Shown here piece after piece: positions 61,941-64,000 of a DNA stretch of 64,000 nucleotides (positions within the stretch are counted from its first letter, which is position 1; each line of letters starts with the position of its first letter). Below the pieces are notes generated by a model. It did no database searches. It saw only the letters and a list, made by a program, of their open reading frames with translations, and was not told where the DNA came from. Position numbers and translations under genes: made by a program. The stretch comes from Coprococcus sp. (GTDB lineage: Bacteria; Bacillota; Clostridia; Lachnospirales; Lachnospiraceae), in contig JBNMGN010000009.1 of NCBI GenBank assembly GCA_050872265.1, positions 26,603 through 90,602 of the forward strand, written 5' to 3'.

Positions 61941-63053
61941 ATGGGAAATGTGTTTGAAGAAGATGAGCAGTATCTTATCAATGCCCGTAAGGCTGTGACT
62001 GATCTTGAGGACGCCAAGGATGAGCTTGATACCTTAAAGGGTAATCTCAAGAAAATGCAGAGACTGGCAACCCAGGAAGAGAAATCCATAAACGATGAAG
62101 TCGCAGATACTATCAAAGAGAGAAAAGAACAGATAACCAGTTCTTACGATAAACAGCTTGACGTGAACAGTGCCAAGATAAGGCAGGTGCAGGGCAAGAA
62201 GGACAAGAAAAAGAGCCAGCGTATGCAGGCAAGAGTTGCAAATGAAACTGCTGACGTCAGGGACGAGATAAACAGGATAAAGGCTAAGATAAAGACCGTA
62301 TACAAGCAGAACGGAGTGCCGAGGATATGTAATACCAGCCTCTACTTCTGGCTGTTCTGTCCAAAGGGTGCAGATGAAATGTTAAGACTTCTGCTGGTGC
62401 TGATCGGAGCCTGTGTTGCATTTCCGCTGGTGATGATATATGTGTTCAACAAGCTGGTATTTGCACCGGGAGATCATCTGGCAGCAGATATCCTTGTGTG
62501 GGCAGTGATCATAATAGTAGAATTTATAATCTACTTCATAATATTTAACCTTACAAAGGTAAGACACAGAGATACCATCCTTGAAGGACGTAAGTACAGA
62601 GACAAGATCCGTGCTTGCGAGAAGCAGGTGGACGCCATCACCAACAAGATCTACAAGGACAAGGATGAGAGCATATATAATCTTCAGAAATACGACGCCA
62701 AGATAGACGCGCTGGAGAAGGATGGCGATAATATAAGCGACCAGAAGCTGGCCGCTCTTAATCAGTTCGAGAATACCACAAGACAGGTTATTGAGGACGA
62801 GATAAGGGAACGCAGGAACGGTAAGCTCCAGAACTATCGCACAGAGGCTGAGAAGCTTGAAAATCAGGTGGCTTCTCTTGAAGACGCCATCTCCAAGCTT
62901 GAGATGGAGATCACCGACAAGTACGAACAGTTCCTTGGCAAGAAATTCCTTGACGAGGAGAAGCTGTCAGACCTTATCGCCATAATGGAGGACGGCTCAG
63001 CTAAAACTGTGTCCGGTGCCATTAAGGTATACATGGGTCAGGATGAGGAGTAA
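61941..63053 (+). CDS. Hypothetical coiled-coil / 2-TM / coiled-coil membrane protein
   Basis: 370 aa. Heptad-rich N- and C-terminal thirds flank hydrophobic helices LLLVLIGACVAFPLVMIYVF and ILVWAVIIIVEFIIYFIIF. Confidence 0.6.
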   Translation: MGNVFEEDEQYLINARKAVTDLEDAKDELDTLKGNLKKMQRLATQEEKSINDEVADTIKERKEQITSSYDKQLDVNSAKIRQVQGKKDKKKSQRMQARVANETADVRDEINRIKAKIKTVYKQNGVPRICNTSLYFWLFCPKGADEMLRLLLVLIGACVAFPLVMIYVFNKLVFAPGDHLAADILVWAVIIIVEFIIYFIIFNLTKVRHRDTILEGRKYRDKIRACEKQVDAITNKIYKDKDESIYNLQKYDAKIDALEKDGDNISDQKLAALNQFENTTRQVIEDEIRERRNGKLQNYRTEAEKLENQVASLEDAISKLEMEITDKYEQFLGKKFLDEEKLSDLIAIMEDGSAKTVSGAIKVYMGQDEE

Positions 63054-63594
63054 CTGCCTGGCATATGCCTTCGCAGATGTATTCCACAAGCTTTATAACA
63101 AAATATAACCTGGTATTTAACAGGAGGGCGCCGGCGTCTCTGCCGGACACATTAACTATTCCGGTAATAGATATATCACCTATTGCCGGAAGTTTTTTAT
63201 TTACCCCTATTCCGGGAAATATATGTGAGTCTGACAGGGTTACAAGCCCCACATCATTTTTCTGTCCAAGGGCAGCGTCTATGGCAATCACCAGAGGGTG
63301 CTCATATTTTTCATACATATGCTTAAGGGAGCTGCGGATATTCAGGGCATGGACCGGCTTTGCAAGGGTGCCGAATACAGGTATGTCCGGGATATTCTGC
63401 TTCATAAATGTGCCGCACATGGGACCCAGTGAGTCTCCCGTGGCTTTGTCTGTACCTATACAGAAAAGGACTATACAGTCATAGTACTTGTCTACATTTG
63501 CAATCATATCTCTAAGTCTGAGGCCGAAGGCAACGCTTGCAGGATCAGAATTTCTGTCGAAATAATAAGTCTGGCTTAAAGAAAAATCCTTCAT
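63022..63594 (-). CDS. yyaC: Sporulation protein YyaC (GPR/A25-like peptidase fold)
   Basis: LFCIGTDKATGDSLGPMCG motif. RBS aggagaataag. The 3' end overlaps the convergent gene by 32 nt. Confidence 0.8.
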   Translation of the reverse strand: MKDFSLSQTYYFDRNSDPASVAFGLRLRDMIANVDKYYDCIVLFCIGTDKATGDSLGPMCGTFMKQNIPDIPVFGTLAKPVHALNIRSSLKHMYEKYEHPLVIAIDAALGQKNDVGLVTLSDSHIFPGIGVNKKLPAIGDISITGIVNVSGRDAGALLLNTRLYFVIKLVEYICEGICQAVTPHPDPCIP

Positions 63595-63805
63595 CTTATT
63601 CTCCTATATAGTCTTATACATTAGAGTATTAACTAAAATTTGGAAGTTTACACATTTCGTATTAAATATTCATACAAAATTCAGTGGGAACATATAAATA
63701 TGTCTTATTGTGGAATAAAAAAATATCAAGAAAGCCTTTGCCTGCGACAGGATTTGATAAATAAAAGAAGTATTCAATGCTATCATCATCCAAAGGAGTG
63801 ATGGC

Positions 63806-64000
63806 ATGATTGAAATAGTGTATGATAAAAACTCTGCAAATGATGACACAAAGGCAAAAACAGGATACGTTGTCCCTAAAAATATACGACAGATAGGCAA
63901 TACCTCAGGCTCTAAGAAAATATATATAGAAGACTATGTTATGACCTATCTGAGAAAGATATCCAAGCCTGCAAATACATCCTTAAGGGGAGCCATACTT
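63806..64000 (+). CDS. Hypothetical protein, 5' partial (runs off the window)
   Basis: AAAGGAG, 7 nt, ATG 63806. It is open to the window end: MIEIVYDKNSANDDTKAKTGYVVPKNIRQIGNTSGSKKIYIEDYVMTYLRKISKPANTSLRGAIL. Confidence 0.5.
   Translation, partial: MIEIVYDKNSANDDTKAKTGYVVPKNIRQIGNTSGSKKIYIEDYVMTYLRKISKPANTSLRGAIL

Overview
This 64-kb window looks like ordinary chromosome from a Gram-positive, spore-forming anaerobe of the Clostridia/Lachnospiraceae type. That placement is an inference from cotJABC, yyaC, an Amidase_3 gene, iorAB, WYY-type wall-binding repeats and strong GGAGG ribosome-binding sites. No composition statistics were computed. I count about 60 protein genes, mostly on the + strand and tightly packed, plus one stand-alone tRNA-Gln(CTG). 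I saw no rRNA, CRISPR array, transposase, integrase or phage genes. The housekeeping genes are pyrG, pyrC, leuA, ung, metY-like, iorAB, tex, ridA, pepP-like, a SufC/SufBD pair, a MATE pump and an acyl-ACP thioesterase. The accessory content falls into four groups. (1) A MoxR-DUF58-TM-VWA-VWA-TPR (Bat-like) operon at 7.5-12.6 kb. (2) A Y-family polymerase plus YolD-like pair preceded by 38-bp tandem repeats. (3) A same-strand surface locus at 28.5-40.9 kb. It holds a sorting-signal protein, a sortase, a membrane protein, a CpsB/C/D-type tyrosine phosphatase/modulator/kinase module with no glycosyltransferases, an amidohydrolase, a 1754-aa protein with 17 MBG-like and 4 FN3-like repeats, and a translationally coupled unknown. 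(4) Two secreted proteins with WYY cell-wall-binding repeats, one of them carrying LRR arrays. I found no convincing canonical defence or toxin system. The best candidates for something undescribed are the surface/BY-kinase locus, including a roughly 210-aa low-complexity tail on the Wzz-like modulator, and a membrane-anchored SbcD/Mre11-like protein with degenerate catalytic motifs. Smaller unexplained items are the tandem repeats upstream of the polymerase and ArsR genes, an unannotated 49-aa membrane ORF and a truncated lipid-kinase remnant. All functional calls rest on motif recognition by eye, and no database search was possible.
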